DNA of 64,000 bases. Source: an uncultured Candidatus Rokubacteria bacterium. GTDB lineage: Bacteria; Methylomirabilota; Methylomirabilia; Rokubacteriales; DASRDR01. The translations under genes and the position numbers were made by a program. Shown one piece after another: positions 23,167-33,102 of the stretch (position 1 is its first letter; the number at the start of each line of letters is the position of its first letter). The stretch is from positions 115,093-179,092 of the forward strand of contig CAWDVE010000024.1 of assembly GCA_963805625.1 (NCBI GenBank), read 5' to 3'. Below the pieces are notes generated by a model that saw nothing but the letters and a program-made list of their open reading frames with translations, was not told where the DNA came from and searched no databases.

Positions 23167-24039
23167 TCAGCGGACCTTGACTACGTAGTAGTTCAGAGAT
23201 CCTTGGACGTTCGTGAACATATGCGGCACGCCGGCGGGGACTACGATCACGTCGCCCTTCACGATCCGCCGACTCTCCCCGCCGACGATGGCCGAGCCGC
23301 GGAGCTCGTTCGGCTCGATCGGCTTCGCGTCGGGGACGTTGCCGCCCGTGACGAACGTGGCTGAGCCCTCCAGCATGTAGATCAGATCGGTGTCCAGCGT
23401 GTGAATCTCGGCGATCCCGTCCATTTCGCGGTGGCTGGCATGGACCATGTAGTTGCCCATGTTGACCAGGACCGTGCCTTTCTCGAAGCCGGCGGTCACC
23501 ATCTGCTGGTCAATGAAGGTGACCTTGCGGGAGGTCTCGGTCCCAGCCATCCCCAGCTTGAGCGTCTTCGCTGCCGCAGCGCCTGCGAGCGCGAGCTCCT
23601 CATCCTGCTGGGCCGTCGCCGCTCCACTCACCCCGATGCCGCCGACGACCTCTTCGCCGACGATGATCGGGATCCCACCCTGCAGCGGTGTGAAGTCCGA
23701 CAGGGCCACCATCGCTGTCCGGCCGTTCTTGATGATGTCCTCGAACGCCTTGGTGGGCCGCTTGAAGAGCGCCGCCGTACGCGCCTTGCCGATTGAGATG
23801 TTGGCGCCGGCGGCGAACGTGCCGTCCAGCCGCTCCAGCGCCATCAGGTTCCCGCCGTCGTCGACGACGGCGATGACCCCGCCTGGGGCCTTGACCCGTC
23901 GCGCCTCGCCGATGGTCGTCGCGATGATTTGCCGGGCACCCTCGAGGGTCAGCGCCTTCTTCTCCACCACCTGGGCTTGGCCTGGCCCGGCCCCCGCCAC
24001 CATCACGGCTGCGGCCACGATGCTCGTGAGCCATTTCAT
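23167..24039 (-). CDS. secreted GlcG/HbpS heme-binding protein fused to a cupin
   Basis: IAVVDDGG, GKARTA, GGIGVSG..QQDE; C-terminal EIH..GDVIVVPAGVPH. Confidence 0.85.
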   Translation of the reverse strand: MKWLTSIVAAAVMVAGAGPGQAQVVEKKALTLEGARQIIATTIGEARRVKAPGGVIAVVDDGGNLMALERLDGTFAAGANISIGKARTAALFKRPTKAFEDIIKNGRTAMVALSDFTPLQGGIPIIVGEEVVGGIGVSGAATAQQDEELALAGAAAAKTLKLGMAGTETSRKVTFIDQQMVTAGFEKGTVLVNMGNYMVHASHREMDGIAEIHTLDTDLIYMLEGSATFVTGGNVPDAKPIEPNELRGSAIVGGESRRIVKGDVIVVPAGVPHMFTNVQGSLNYYVVKVR

Positions 24040-24155
24040 GACGAATTTCCTCCTGGAGTCCGTCAGTGTAGTCCACCTCCGGTCGCCGGCCGGCCGCGTC
24101 TCGGGCCCGGAGGACCCGGAAGGCGACCGACCGGCGCCGGCGACATGTGCGGCCG

Positions 24156-24554
24156 TTACTTCATTGCGATTGGCTGAGTGAACGACGCCTCGCCGAGCAC
24201 GACCTCGGCCCACGCGCACCACATCTGGACCTTGGCGACGTCCGCGATGTGGGCCGGGAGCGTGATCGACCGGTTGACCTTGTCCTCCTTGAGCGTCAGC
24301 CGGTCCAGCAGGTACACGGTCCCCTTGCTGTCGACGACCTGCCAGTGAGGGTCGGGCGAGCCCGGCACCTTGAAGTCTGCGGAGACGGACAGCACGTGCT
24401 TCCCACCCTGGATCTCGTGTGTGACCGTGCCACCGTTCACGGCCTTACCGGCAAACGGCGTCGTCACGTCGGCCGCGAAGCCGGGAGTGGCGATCAGGCC
24501 GAAGACGACGAGCGCCGCCAGGAGCACCACGCGGAACGGATGAAGACCAGTCAT
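24156..24554 (-). CDS. secreted DM13-like domain protein
   Basis: Signal peptide; DFKVPGSPDPHW..VQMWCAWAEVVLGEA; AGGAGG RBS. Confidence 0.7.
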   Translation of the reverse strand: MTGLHPFRVVLLAALVVFGLIATPGFAADVTTPFAGKAVNGGTVTHEIQGGKHVLSVSADFKVPGSPDPHWQVVDSKGTVYLLDRLTLKEDKVNRSITLPAHIADVAKVQMWCAWAEVVLGEASFTQPIAMK

Positions 24555-24656
24555 GGGACCTCCTCCTTGTGTAAGGTTTTTGAGCCGCGCCTCGGGACGG
24601 AGGGGATCTTCTCGTCCCCACTGCGTGCTGGTGTTCCCTGGCGCGACTGCTGCCGG

Positions 24657-24685
24657 TTGGACACCGCGCCCGGTCGGTGAGGTTC
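24657..24685 (-). promoter_or_regulatory. ECF-type promoter motif upstream of the DM13 operon
   Basis: CGAACC-N18-GTCCAA. Confidence 0.75.
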
Positions 24686-24762
24686 GACCGCTCCGAGATC
24701 TCCCGGGTCGGGGCGCTGGCGCTCCTGCCGGTGCCGGGCCCTCTGGACGGAGCCCCGCGCCC

Positions 24763-24791
24763 GAACCCGCGGGAGAGGTCCGTGTGTCTGA
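24763..24791 (+). promoter_or_regulatory. ECF-type promoter motif upstream of GlcG copy 2
   Basis: CGAACC-N18-GTCTGA. Confidence 0.75.
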
Positions 24792-24896
24792 CTGCTGAAG
24801 CCGCGACGAGACGGCTTCGCGCGTTTCGACCGGCTCGCTCAGCCGAGCCGATGGAGTCTCGAGATCGAGCCCGCGCACCTCTAGGAGGGAGGCGTC

Positions 24897-25358
24897 ATGA
24901 AGACCATCCGACCCGCTGTGTTTGGTCTGGCAGTGCTCCTGTCGATCCCGGCGAGCGCCAGCGCTCAGGCGCTGGACAAGAAGGTTCTGTCGTTTGCGGC
25001 AGCCGAGAAGATTCCGGCGGCGGCGGCCGATGCCGCGCGCGCCCGAGGCGTCGGCGTGGTCATCGCGGTCGTCGACGATGGGGGTCACCTGATCCTGCTC
25101 CACCGGCTCGACGATACTCAGGTGGCGAGCGTCAACGTCGGCATCGGCAAGGCGAGCACGGCGGCGATCTATCGACGGCCGAGCCGAGAGTTCGAGGAGC
25201 AGATTCGAGCGGGCCGGATCGCGGCCTTGGCCCTGGCCGACAGCACGCCGCTGCAAGGGGGAGTGCCGATCCGGCTGGATGGGAAGGTGATCGGGGCGAT
25301 CGGGGTGAGTGGTGACACTCCTCAAGTCGACGAAGCGATCGCCATCTCACGATGGTGA
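24897..25358 (+). CDS. GlcG/HbpS heme-binding protein, copy 2 (possibly 3'-truncated)
   Basis: IAVVDDGGH, GKASTAA, GAIGVSGDTPQVDE. Confidence 0.82.
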   Translation: MKTIRPAVFGLAVLLSIPASASAQALDKKVLSFAAAEKIPAAAADAARARGVGVVIAVVDDGGHLILLHRLDDTQVASVNVGIGKASTAAIYRRPSREFEEQIRAGRIAALALADSTPLQGGVPIRLDGKVIGAIGVSGDTPQVDEAIAISRW

Positions 25359-25744
25359 TCGGCTCGACGTGCTGGAAGCCGACCTGTCCCTGCCGGGATG
25401 TGGACTTGCTGCATCACTGCGCAGAGCCGGGTACGGTGCTGAGCGAGGCGGTTCGAGTGACCCGAGGGCGATTCATTGTCATGGAGTCGGTGTCCCGCAA
25501 CCCCTGGGAACGGTTCTGGCTTCATCTCCTGGGCGGGGGGCTGAACTTGCACCGGCACGACGGTGGGATGCCAGTGCCCCGGGCCTTCCGGAGCCCCGCC
25601 CAGTGGAGAACCTGGTTCGAGTCGCTCGGGCTTCGTTTGGCCCACGAGCGGTGGCTCGGATGGCGTTGGGAGCGGTTCGTGCACCACCCGTTGCTCTTCG
25701 TCCTCGAGAAGGATGAGGCGAGGCGTGGCCCCGGTCAGGGATGA
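25352..25744 (+). pseudogene. class I SAM methyltransferase C-terminal fragment
   Basis: LLHHCAEPGTVLSEAVRVTR..IVME; SAM motif I not seen. Confidence 0.6.
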
Positions 25745-25952
25745 CCCGCGGCACCCGTGATGGGTAGAAGTCACCTGTCATGGACCGACCTGATCGTGCC
25801 TCACCCCGGCCCGCACTGAGTATGGTTCAGTGGACTCCGGCCGTCCGCCCCTGGTGCCGGCGCCACGCAATGTTCACACATTCGTGACACTCGGGTCGGC
25901 AATCTGGGTTCGACTGCGGTCGAGCGAGGGGCTGCGGCCGGTGAGCTGGGAC

Positions 25953-25981
25953 GAATCGCGAGCTCCGATGGGTGTGTCCAA
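25953..25981 (+). promoter_or_regulatory. ECF-type promoter motif (distal)
   Basis: CGAATC-N18-GTCCAA. Confidence 0.65.
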
Positions 25982-26209
25982 GTCAGTAGCTCGCCGGTCC
26001 GCCCAGTCAACCGAAGCCCCAGCCCAGGGCTCAAGGCTGGCGGTTGGAGTGATACGGACTTGTGGCATGACCTCGGTGTGCTCGGGTCCCCGGTCGGTTA
26101 CGGTTCGCGCCGGCCCGGCTTGTCTTCTGGCTCGACCCGTTGGGTTCCTGGCCTCCGCCTGCCCTGGTCCGTGCCCGAGCGTGCGGGCCACCGCTCGAGT
26201 TGTGTCCGC

Positions 26210-26238
26210 GAACCGCCCGGTCGGCCCGACGCGTCCAA
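26210..26238 (+). promoter_or_regulatory. ECF-type promoter motif just before NDH-2 copy 2
   Basis: CGAACC-N18-GTCCAA, 9 nt before the ATG. Confidence 0.72.
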
Positions 26239-26247
26239 CGCTCTGGC

Positions 26248-27642
26248 ATGAACACCCTGGCCCCGCCCACAGTCGGGCCTACTCGCACCCCACCCAGATC
26301 GCCAGTTCCGATCGACGGGCGCGTGGCGCCGTTCGCCGGTCGGGTTTTCGCGCGCCGCTCGACGTCGCTCGCGCCTCGCATCGTGGTCCTGGGAGGTGGC
26401 TTTGCCGGCATCACCACGGCGCTCGAGCTGGCGAAGCGGTGTACCGGCGTCCTGCCCGTGGACATCACCCTCATCAGCGATCGGAACTTCTTTCTTTTCA
26501 CGCCGATGCTGGCCGAGGCGGCGACCGGGGCGGTGGAGACGCGGCACGTCCTCCATCCGATCCGTCCCCTCTGCACCGCCGAGGGGATCGAGTTCGGCGA
26601 GATGCGGGTCGAGGCGGTCGACCTCGCCCGGCGCCGGGTGACGGTGCGCCATAGCCGATCGCGCGCCCACCAGGAGATCCGTTACGATCGGCTCGTGCTG
26701 GCCCTCGGCGCCGCCCCGAATGTCGGCATGGCACCGGGCGCGGCGGAGCATGCCCTCACCTTCAAGGGGGCCGGCGACGCGGTCCAGATCCGGAACCGGG
26801 TGATCGATCTCTTCGAAGCCGCGGCTTTGGTGGACGACCCGTGGGCGCGGCGACGTCTGCTCACCTTCGTCGTGGTCGGGGCGGGCCACGCGGGCACGGA
26901 GCTGATGGCGGCCCTCGAGGAGCTCACTCGCGGGATCCTTCTGCGTCACTACCCCTCCATCCCGGCGGACGCCGTGCGCCTGGTCCTGGTCGGGGGCGCG
27001 ATCCTGCCCCAGACGGCGACCAACCTTGCGGCCTACGCCAAGGAGCAACTGCTCGGGCGAGCCATCGAGCTCGAGACAGCCCGGGCCGCCAAGGTCTCGG
27101 CGGACGGACTCGAACTCCAAGACGGCCGGCTGATCACGAGCCACTGTGTCATCTGGACGGCCGGGAACCGAGTGAACACCGTGGTGACGGCGCTTCCGGC
27201 CGCCAAGGCGAAGGACGGGCGGCTGCTCGTGAACGAGTTCTTCGAGGTGCAGGGGACTCCCGGGGTGTACGCACTGGGCGACAACGCGGCACAGCCCGAC
27301 ACCCATACCGGGGAGCCCTATGTCGCCACCGCGCAGGTGGCCCTCCGGCAGGGTCGAGCCCTCGCGGCTCAGATCGAGGCAGACCTGACCGGACGGGCGC
27401 GCCGCCCGTTCCGCTTCAAGCTGCTCGGCGAGATGGTGCCGCTCAGCCGACGGACAGCCGTCGCCGACCTCATGGGATGGAAGCTCACCGGGTTTCCCGC
27501 GTGGTTCCTCTGGAAGACGGTCTACATGCTCAAGCTGCCGACTCTGGCGACGCGCGTGCGCGTGGTCTTGGACTGGACGGTGGAGCTGTTCTTCGAGCGC
27601 GATGTGTCCGAGCTGACCGTCGATGAGAAAGCAGGAGCCTGA
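26248..27642 (+). CDS. type II NADH dehydrogenase-like FAD oxidoreductase, copy 2
   Basis: VLGGGFAG, FTPMLAE, VVGAGHAGTE, ALGDNA, TAQVALRQG. Confidence 0.9.
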   Translation: MNTLAPPTVGPTRTPPRSPVPIDGRVAPFAGRVFARRSTSLAPRIVVLGGGFAGITTALELAKRCTGVLPVDITLISDRNFFLFTPMLAEAATGAVETRHVLHPIRPLCTAEGIEFGEMRVEAVDLARRRVTVRHSRSRAHQEIRYDRLVLALGAAPNVGMAPGAAEHALTFKGAGDAVQIRNRVIDLFEAAALVDDPWARRRLLTFVVVGAGHAGTELMAALEELTRGILLRHYPSIPADAVRLVLVGGAILPQTATNLAAYAKEQLLGRAIELETARAAKVSADGLELQDGRLITSHCVIWTAGNRVNTVVTALPAAKAKDGRLLVNEFFEVQGTPGVYALGDNAAQPDTHTGEPYVATAQVALRQGRALAAQIEADLTGRARRPFRFKLLGEMVPLSRRTAVADLMGWKLTGFPAWFLWKTVYMLKLPTLATRVRVVLDWTVELFFERDVSELTVDEKAGA

Positions 27643-29059
27643 AATGATGGAGCGAGCAGGGGCGACGGCATCCCCGCGCGCGCGGCGGCTGCCCCTCTGG
27701 CGACGCCTTGGCTGGCGGCTTGGAGCCGCCTTCCTCGCCGTGACGGCGGTGGCGATCCTCGTCGGTGGCGGGCTCCAGTACCGCGCCCAGGCGGCTGGCA
27801 TCCGTGACTCGCTGGGGGCGCTCCTGCTCAACATCGCGCGGACCGGCGCCCTTCTGGTCGATCCCGCGCTCCACCTCGAGGTCCAGCTCACGCGAACGAC
27901 GGACTCGGAGGCGTACCGGTACCTGCGCCGGATGCTGGCAGCCATCCAGGACGCCAACCAGGTGGAGACGCCGATCTACACGCTGAGCGACTACGAGCCG
28001 TCCGCGCGCCGCGCCCGCTTCGTCGTGACCAGCCGGGGTCCGGGCCTGCCCGGCGAGCCGTACCCGCTCGTGCCGGAACTGATCCCCGCCCTGGAGCGGA
28101 CCTTCGGCGAAGGCGTGCCGAGCACGACGCCGATCTACCGCAACCAGAGCGGGACCTGGCTGACGGCCTTCGCGCCGGTGAAGGGCGCGGACGGCCAGAC
28201 TATCGCCGTCCTGGAGGTGGACTACAAGGTGGACGTCTACCTGACCCAGCTGGCGGCGGCGCGCCGGCGTCTCCTCTGGCACCTTCTGGCGGGCGGCGGC
28301 CTCGCGGCGGTGGCCGGTGTCCTCGTTGCGAGGCGGATCACCGGGCCGGTGGGCCAGCTGTCGGCGCTTGCGCGGAGCGTCGTGGAGGGGGACCTGACCG
28401 CCCGGGCCCACGTACGCTCGCGCGACGAGGTCGGGATGCTGGGCAACGTGTTTCACCTGATGGTCGAGCGGCTTGCCGTCTCCAACCGCAGTATGGTGGA
28501 TGTCCTGGTTCGCGCCCTCGACGCCCGCAGCGGCGAGCCCGGGGCGCTCGGACGCGTGTCCGCCGCCGCGCAGGAGCTGGCGGCGCCCCTCGGCCTTTCC
28601 GCCGCCCAGCGGGAAGCGCTCGAGCTCGGAGCCCTGCTCCACGACATCGGCGAGATCCGGACCCCCGAGGCGGTGCTGCGAAAGCTAGGTTCGCTCGACC
28701 CGGACGAGCGCCGAGTGGTCGAGCAGCATCCCGTGGCGGGGGTCGAAATCTTGGAGTCGGTCCCGCTCCTGACCCCCGCGCTCGACGTCGTCGGGGCGCA
28801 CCACGAGCGGTGGGACGGGAGCGGGTACCCGCGGGGACTGCGCGAGGACGGAATTCCGCTCGCGGCGCGCATCTTCGCGGTAGTCGACGCACTCGACGCC
28901 ATGACCCACGTCCGGCCGCACCGGGACGCCCGCACGGTCGGGGAGGCGCTCATCGTCGTGCGTGAGGAGGCCGGGAAGCAGTTCGACCCCCGCATCGCTG
29001 AGCTGGCACTGGCGATGCCCGCCACCCGGTGGGCGGAGCTCCTGGGCGCGGCCCCCTGA
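27623..29059 (+). CDS. membrane sensor with HAMP and HD-GYP phosphodiesterase domains
   Basis: Two TM segments, RDEVG HAMP, LHDIG, HHERWDGSGYP. Confidence 0.9.
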   Translation: MRKQEPEMMERAGATASPRARRLPLWRRLGWRLGAAFLAVTAVAILVGGGLQYRAQAAGIRDSLGALLLNIARTGALLVDPALHLEVQLTRTTDSEAYRYLRRMLAAIQDANQVETPIYTLSDYEPSARRARFVVTSRGPGLPGEPYPLVPELIPALERTFGEGVPSTTPIYRNQSGTWLTAFAPVKGADGQTIAVLEVDYKVDVYLTQLAAARRRLLWHLLAGGGLAAVAGVLVARRITGPVGQLSALARSVVEGDLTARAHVRSRDEVGMLGNVFHLMVERLAVSNRSMVDVLVRALDARSGEPGALGRVSAAAQELAAPLGLSAAQREALELGALLHDIGEIRTPEAVLRKLGSLDPDERRVVEQHPVAGVEILESVPLLTPALDVVGAHHERWDGSGYPRGLREDGIPLAARIFAVVDALDAMTHVRPHRDARTVGEALIVVREEAGKQFDPRIAELALAMPATRWAELLGAAP

Positions 29060-29437
29060 TCACGGGTCCGTCCACAGCCACATGGAGGTGACGCGGTGAC
29101 CGACGAGACGACGAGCAGACTCGACCAGCTCTGCGGTTGAACGAGGTGCTCCGCAAAGGGGCGAAGCCGTGGCCTGCGTTCTCCGGCGGTCTGGATCGCA
29201 TCGACGTGGTCGATGGCCCGGCACTCCCCGGATCACACAGCGTCTCGGACCCTGTTTCCCCGGAGAACGGTGTACCTCGACCCTATTGGCTCAGCGGCTG
29301 CCCTCTCCGCGACGCGCTGGCCGCCAGGAAGGCCGCCCACGAATCCTCCGGGCCCTACGGGTGGCATGATCGGCAGCCTGCCAGATCGGTGTGGCGGCGA
29401 TCGACGCGGCCGCGGCTGCGGCCTGGGAGACTCGTCG

Positions 29438-29830
29438 ATGATACGTAGGACGGCACTGCTCGTGTGTGTGTTCCTGGCGGGGATCAGCGTTGGACGCGCC
29501 GCCGGCCAGGGCAGCTCGGCTCCACGCCCGCCTCGCATGTGGGCTGATCGGATCCTGGACATTGCGACCGAGGAGATCCCGCGGCGGGCCCGGGTGTGGA
29601 CGAGCTCTGATCATTGGGATCCCGGCGCCGAGACGGGGCGCCACACGCACCCCGGGCCCACGGTCTTCGTCCTGCTGGAAGGTGAGCTGGAGGAGACCCT
29701 CGCCGACGGGCGGACCCGGACGCTGAAGGCGGGGCAGGGGTACTGGAAACCGGCGCGCACGGAGCACAACGTGCGCAACCTTGGCGACAAGCCCGCCCAC
29801 GCGCTGGCGGTCCACCTGGACCCCCGGTGA
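29438..29830 (+). CDS. secreted cupin domain protein
   Basis: Signal peptide; HTHPGP..LEGE..H..RN. Confidence 0.8.
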   Translation: MIRRTALLVCVFLAGISVGRAAGQGSSAPRPPRMWADRILDIATEEIPRRARVWTSSDHWDPGAETGRHTHPGPTVFVLLEGELEETLADGRTRTLKAGQGYWKPARTEHNVRNLGDKPAHALAVHLDPR

Positions 29831-29925
29831 TCGTGCGCCGGGCGGCCCGACCGTGAGCCGGCCAGGATACAATCGGGGGCCGGACCGGCTTCAGGCCGAC
29901 CCCGGGACCCCCACGTGAGGAGACC

Positions 29926-30609
29926 GTGCAAGACGGCGGCGTCGCCCTGATCATCCCGGCGCTCGACGAGGAGGCCGCGATCCCGGCCGTCCTGCGCGCG
30001 GTGCCGCCGGGTCTCGTGGACGATCTCGTGGTCGTGGACAATGGATCCACCGACCGCACGGCGGCCGTTGCCCGCGCGGCCGGGGCACGGGTCGTCGCGG
30101 AGCCGCGTCGGGGCTACGGCGCGGCGTGCTGGGCTGGTGTCGAGGCGCTCGCCCCGGGAATCGCGGTAGTCGCATTCCTGGACGGTGACGGGAGCCAGGA
30201 CCCGGGCGAGTTGCCGCGGCTCCTGTCGCCGCTTCGGGCGCGGAGCGCCGACCTGGTGCTCGGCGCCCGTACGTTCCCGCGCGGGTCGGGGCATCCCTGG
30301 CATGCCATCCTGGGCACGCGCGCCGTGGCCCTGGTGCTCCGCTGGCGGTTCGGGGTGCGTCTCCGCGACCTCGGACCGTTCCGCGCCATCCGGCGCGACG
30401 CCCTGCTCGCGCTCGAGTTGCGCGATCGCGGCTCCGGCTGGCCCGTCGAGATGGTGGCCCGCGCCGCCCGCCGGGGCCTCCGCATCGCCGAGGTCGAGGT
30501 GACGCAGCGCCCGCGGCTGGCCGGGCGTTCGAAGGTCGCCGGCAGGCTGGGTGCCAGCCTGCACGCCGGGTGGCGATTCATGCGCGTGGCCTTGCGCGAG
30601 GGCCGATGA
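29926..30609 (+). CDS. family 2 glycosyltransferase
   Basis: IIPALDEE, VVDNGSTD, FLDGDGS, DLGPFRAI. Confidence 0.9.
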   Translation: MQDGGVALIIPALDEEAAIPAVLRAVPPGLVDDLVVVDNGSTDRTAAVARAAGARVVAEPRRGYGAACWAGVEALAPGIAVVAFLDGDGSQDPGELPRLLSPLRARSADLVLGARTFPRGSGHPWHAILGTRAVALVLRWRFGVRLRDLGPFRAIRRDALLALELRDRGSGWPVEMVARAARRGLRIAEVEVTQRPRLAGRSKVAGRLGASLHAGWRFMRVALREGR

Positions 30610-31283
30610 GGATCCCGGTCGCGGTCATGGCGAAGGTGCCGGCAGCCGGGGAGGTCAAGACACGCCTCTGTCCGCCCCTCACGCCGGCCCAGGCGGCTGG
30701 CCTCGCGCGCTGCTTCCTCCAGGACCGGATCGCACAGCTCCGTGAGATCCCGACGGTCGCGCCCGTCGTGGCCTTCACGCCCCCGGAGCGCGAGCCGGAG
30801 CTTCGCGCGCTCCTGCCCGACGGCGTGCGGCTGATCCCGCAGCAGGGCGCCGATCTGGGGGCGCGGCTCGACCGGCTCCTGACGGATCTCATCGCCGAAG
30901 GCGCCGTCGGAGCCATCGCCGTGGACGCCGACAGCCCGACGCTCCCCACCGCGTTCGTCCGCCGGGCGGGCGTGCACCTCGCCGAGCGCGAGGCCGACGT
31001 GGTGCTTGGCCCCTGCGACGACGGCGGCTACTACCTGATCGGCCTCCGGCAGGCCGCCCCGGAACTCTTCCGGGAGATGCCGTGGAGCACGCCCGCCGTG
31101 CTCGACGAGACGGTGGCCCGCGTCCGTCGGGTGGGCCTCCGCCTCGCGCTCCTCCCACCGTGGTTCGACGTCGACCGTGGCGCGGACCTGGAGCGCCTCC
31201 GCGCGAGCGCGCACGGGCCTGGCGCCCACCAGCCCGCCCGAACGCTCGCGTTCCTTGCGCGAGAGCTCGCATGGGCCCTTTGA
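30606..31283 (+). CDS. DUF2064/TIGR04282-like transferase (rSAM/selenodomain-associated)
   Basis: [43 protein letters not shown]. Confidence 0.85.
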   Translation: MRIPVAVMAKVPAAGEVKTRLCPPLTPAQAAGLARCFLQDRIAQLREIPTVAPVVAFTPPEREPELRALLPDGVRLIPQQGADLGARLDRLLTDLIAEGAVGAIAVDADSPTLPTAFVRRAGVHLAEREADVVLGPCDDGGYYLIGLRQAAPELFREMPWSTPAVLDETVARVRRVGLRLALLPPWFDVDRGADLERLRASAHGPGAHQPARTLAFLARELAWAL

Positions 31284-32560
31284 TCCTGGCCGGCACCACG
31301 CTGGCCGCGGCGTTCGGTGGAATGCTCTGGCTCGGCGACCTCTTCCACGCCGTCGGATGGTTCGTCGTCCTGTTCGGGCTGGCGAGCGTGGCCTATGCCG
31401 TGGCCGTCGGCTGGGTGCTCCACCGGCCTCCCGCGAGCCTCCAGGCGTTGGGCGTGATTCTAGGTGCCGCCGTCCTCTTCCGCCTGCTGCTGCTGGCGAG
31501 CGCTCCGACGCTCTCGACGGACCTCTATCGCTATCTCTGGGACGGCAGGCTGGCGATCGCCGGCGTGAGCCCGTACCGTCACCCGGCGAACGCGCCCGAG
31601 GTAGCCGGGTTCCGTGACGCGCTCGTGTATCCACGCTTGAACCACGTCGAGTGGCGCACGATCTATCCTCCCGGCGCGCAGCTCGTCTTCGCTGCGGTCG
31701 TGGGGTTTTGGCCCTCGAGCGTGATCGGGATGAAGCTCGTGATTCTCGTGGTCGATCTCCTGACCATCGGCCTGCTCCTCGGCTGGCTCCGGGCGCTTGG
31801 CCGTCCGGCGGCGTGGGTACTCGTCTACGCCTGGCATCCGTTGGTCGTCGTCGAGTTCGCGGGAAGCGGCCATCTCGACGCGCTCGTGCTAGCTACGACG
31901 ATCGGGGCGCTTTGGGCTGCCGCACGGGGGCGTCTGCTCGCGGCAGGTGCGCTCGTTGGCGTCGGCGCCCTCGTGAAACTGTATCCGCTGCTCCTGCTTC
32001 CCGCCATCTGGGGGAGACAGCGGACGCGCGTGCTGGCGGTGGGGCTCGGCGTCGTGGCCGCGGGTTACGCACTCTACTGGCGCGAGGGCGTTGCGGTCTT
32101 CGGGTCGCTCGGGCGATACGTGGCCGAGGAGGAGTTCAACGGCACCCTGCGCGCGATGCTCGAGCTCGGGCTCGCACCCCTGGGGGGGGCCGGCCTTATG
32201 GTGGCGCGTCTTCTCCCTCTGCTCGGGCTCGCCGGACTGGCGCTCGCGGTCGGCTGCGGGACGGCGCCGGCGGAGCGGCGCGCCCGCTGGCTGGTGGGTG
32301 GCTACCTTCTGACCACACCGAACCTCTTTCCGTGGTACGCGCTGTGGATGGTGCCGCTTCAGGCCGCCGCGCCGGCGTGGCCCTGGCTCTACTTGACCTG
32401 TGCGGTCGCCCTGACCTATCTCTCGTTCGCTCAGCCGATCTGGCATATTCCAGTCTGGGTCATCGCCGTGCAGTGGGTTCCCTTTGCGCTCGGGCTGGCT
32501 TGGGCGGCCCGGCCCCGCGATACCGCGCCGAGCGACGTCCTCTGGAGGCCATCCTCGTGA
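31271..32560 (+). CDS. GT-C fold membrane glycosyltransferase (GT87/DUF2029-like)
   Basis: LSTDLYRYLWDG..SPY, TIYPP, AWHPL..EFAGSGHLD, FPWY. Confidence 0.82.
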   Translation: MGPLILAGTTLAAAFGGMLWLGDLFHAVGWFVVLFGLASVAYAVAVGWVLHRPPASLQALGVILGAAVLFRLLLLASAPTLSTDLYRYLWDGRLAIAGVSPYRHPANAPEVAGFRDALVYPRLNHVEWRTIYPPGAQLVFAAVVGFWPSSVIGMKLVILVVDLLTIGLLLGWLRALGRPAAWVLVYAWHPLVVVEFAGSGHLDALVLATTIGALWAAARGRLLAAGALVGVGALVKLYPLLLLPAIWGRQRTRVLAVGLGVVAAGYALYWREGVAVFGSLGRYVAEEEFNGTLRAMLELGLAPLGGAGLMVARLLPLLGLAGLALAVGCGTAPAERRARWLVGGYLLTTPNLFPWYALWMVPLQAAAPAWPWLYLTCAVALTYLSFAQPIWHIPVWVIAVQWVPFALGLAWAARPRDTAPSDVLWRPSS

Positions 32561-33102
32561 GTCTGGCCGACGTGCCCTGGCAGACGCGCTCGAGTCGCGT
32601 GGTCTACCAGAACCCCTGGATCCAAGTCGACGAAAACCAGGTCGAGCTGCCGGATGGGCGCACGACGGTGTATGGCGTCGTCCGGTGCGGCGAGTGCGTC
32701 GGCGTGCTTCCGTTTCTCGACGCGGAGACCGTAGTCCTGATCCGCCAGTATCGGTATGTCGCGCGCGGCGTCTACTGGGAGATGCCGACCGGTGGAGTCC
32801 ATCCAGGTGAGAGTCTCGAGGTCGCCGCCCAGCGGGAGCTCGGCGAGGAGATCGGGTATCAGGCGGCCCGCCTCACGCCGCTCGTGTCCTACCATACGTC
32901 CAAGAGCGTGGTCGACGAGGTCGCACACCTCTTCTACGGCGAGGCGCTCACGCCGGTTGTCACTCCGGGTGATTCGACCGAGTTCATCGAGGTACGGCCC
33001 GTGCCGTTCGCGGAGGCGCTCCGGCTGGTGGAGTCGGGAGAGATCATGGACAGCATGACGGTCATCGCGGTCCTGCACGCAGCCAGGCGGCTTGGGCGGT
33101 GA
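32557..33102 (+). CDS. NUDIX hydrolase
   Basis: WEMPTGGVHPGESLEVAAQRELGEEIG. Confidence 0.88.
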   Translation: MSLADVPWQTRSSRVVYQNPWIQVDENQVELPDGRTTVYGVVRCGECVGVLPFLDAETVVLIRQYRYVARGVYWEMPTGGVHPGESLEVAAQRELGEEIGYQAARLTPLVSYHTSKSVVDEVAHLFYGEALTPVVTPGDSTEFIEVRPVPFAEALRLVESGEIMDSMTVIAVLHAARRLGR

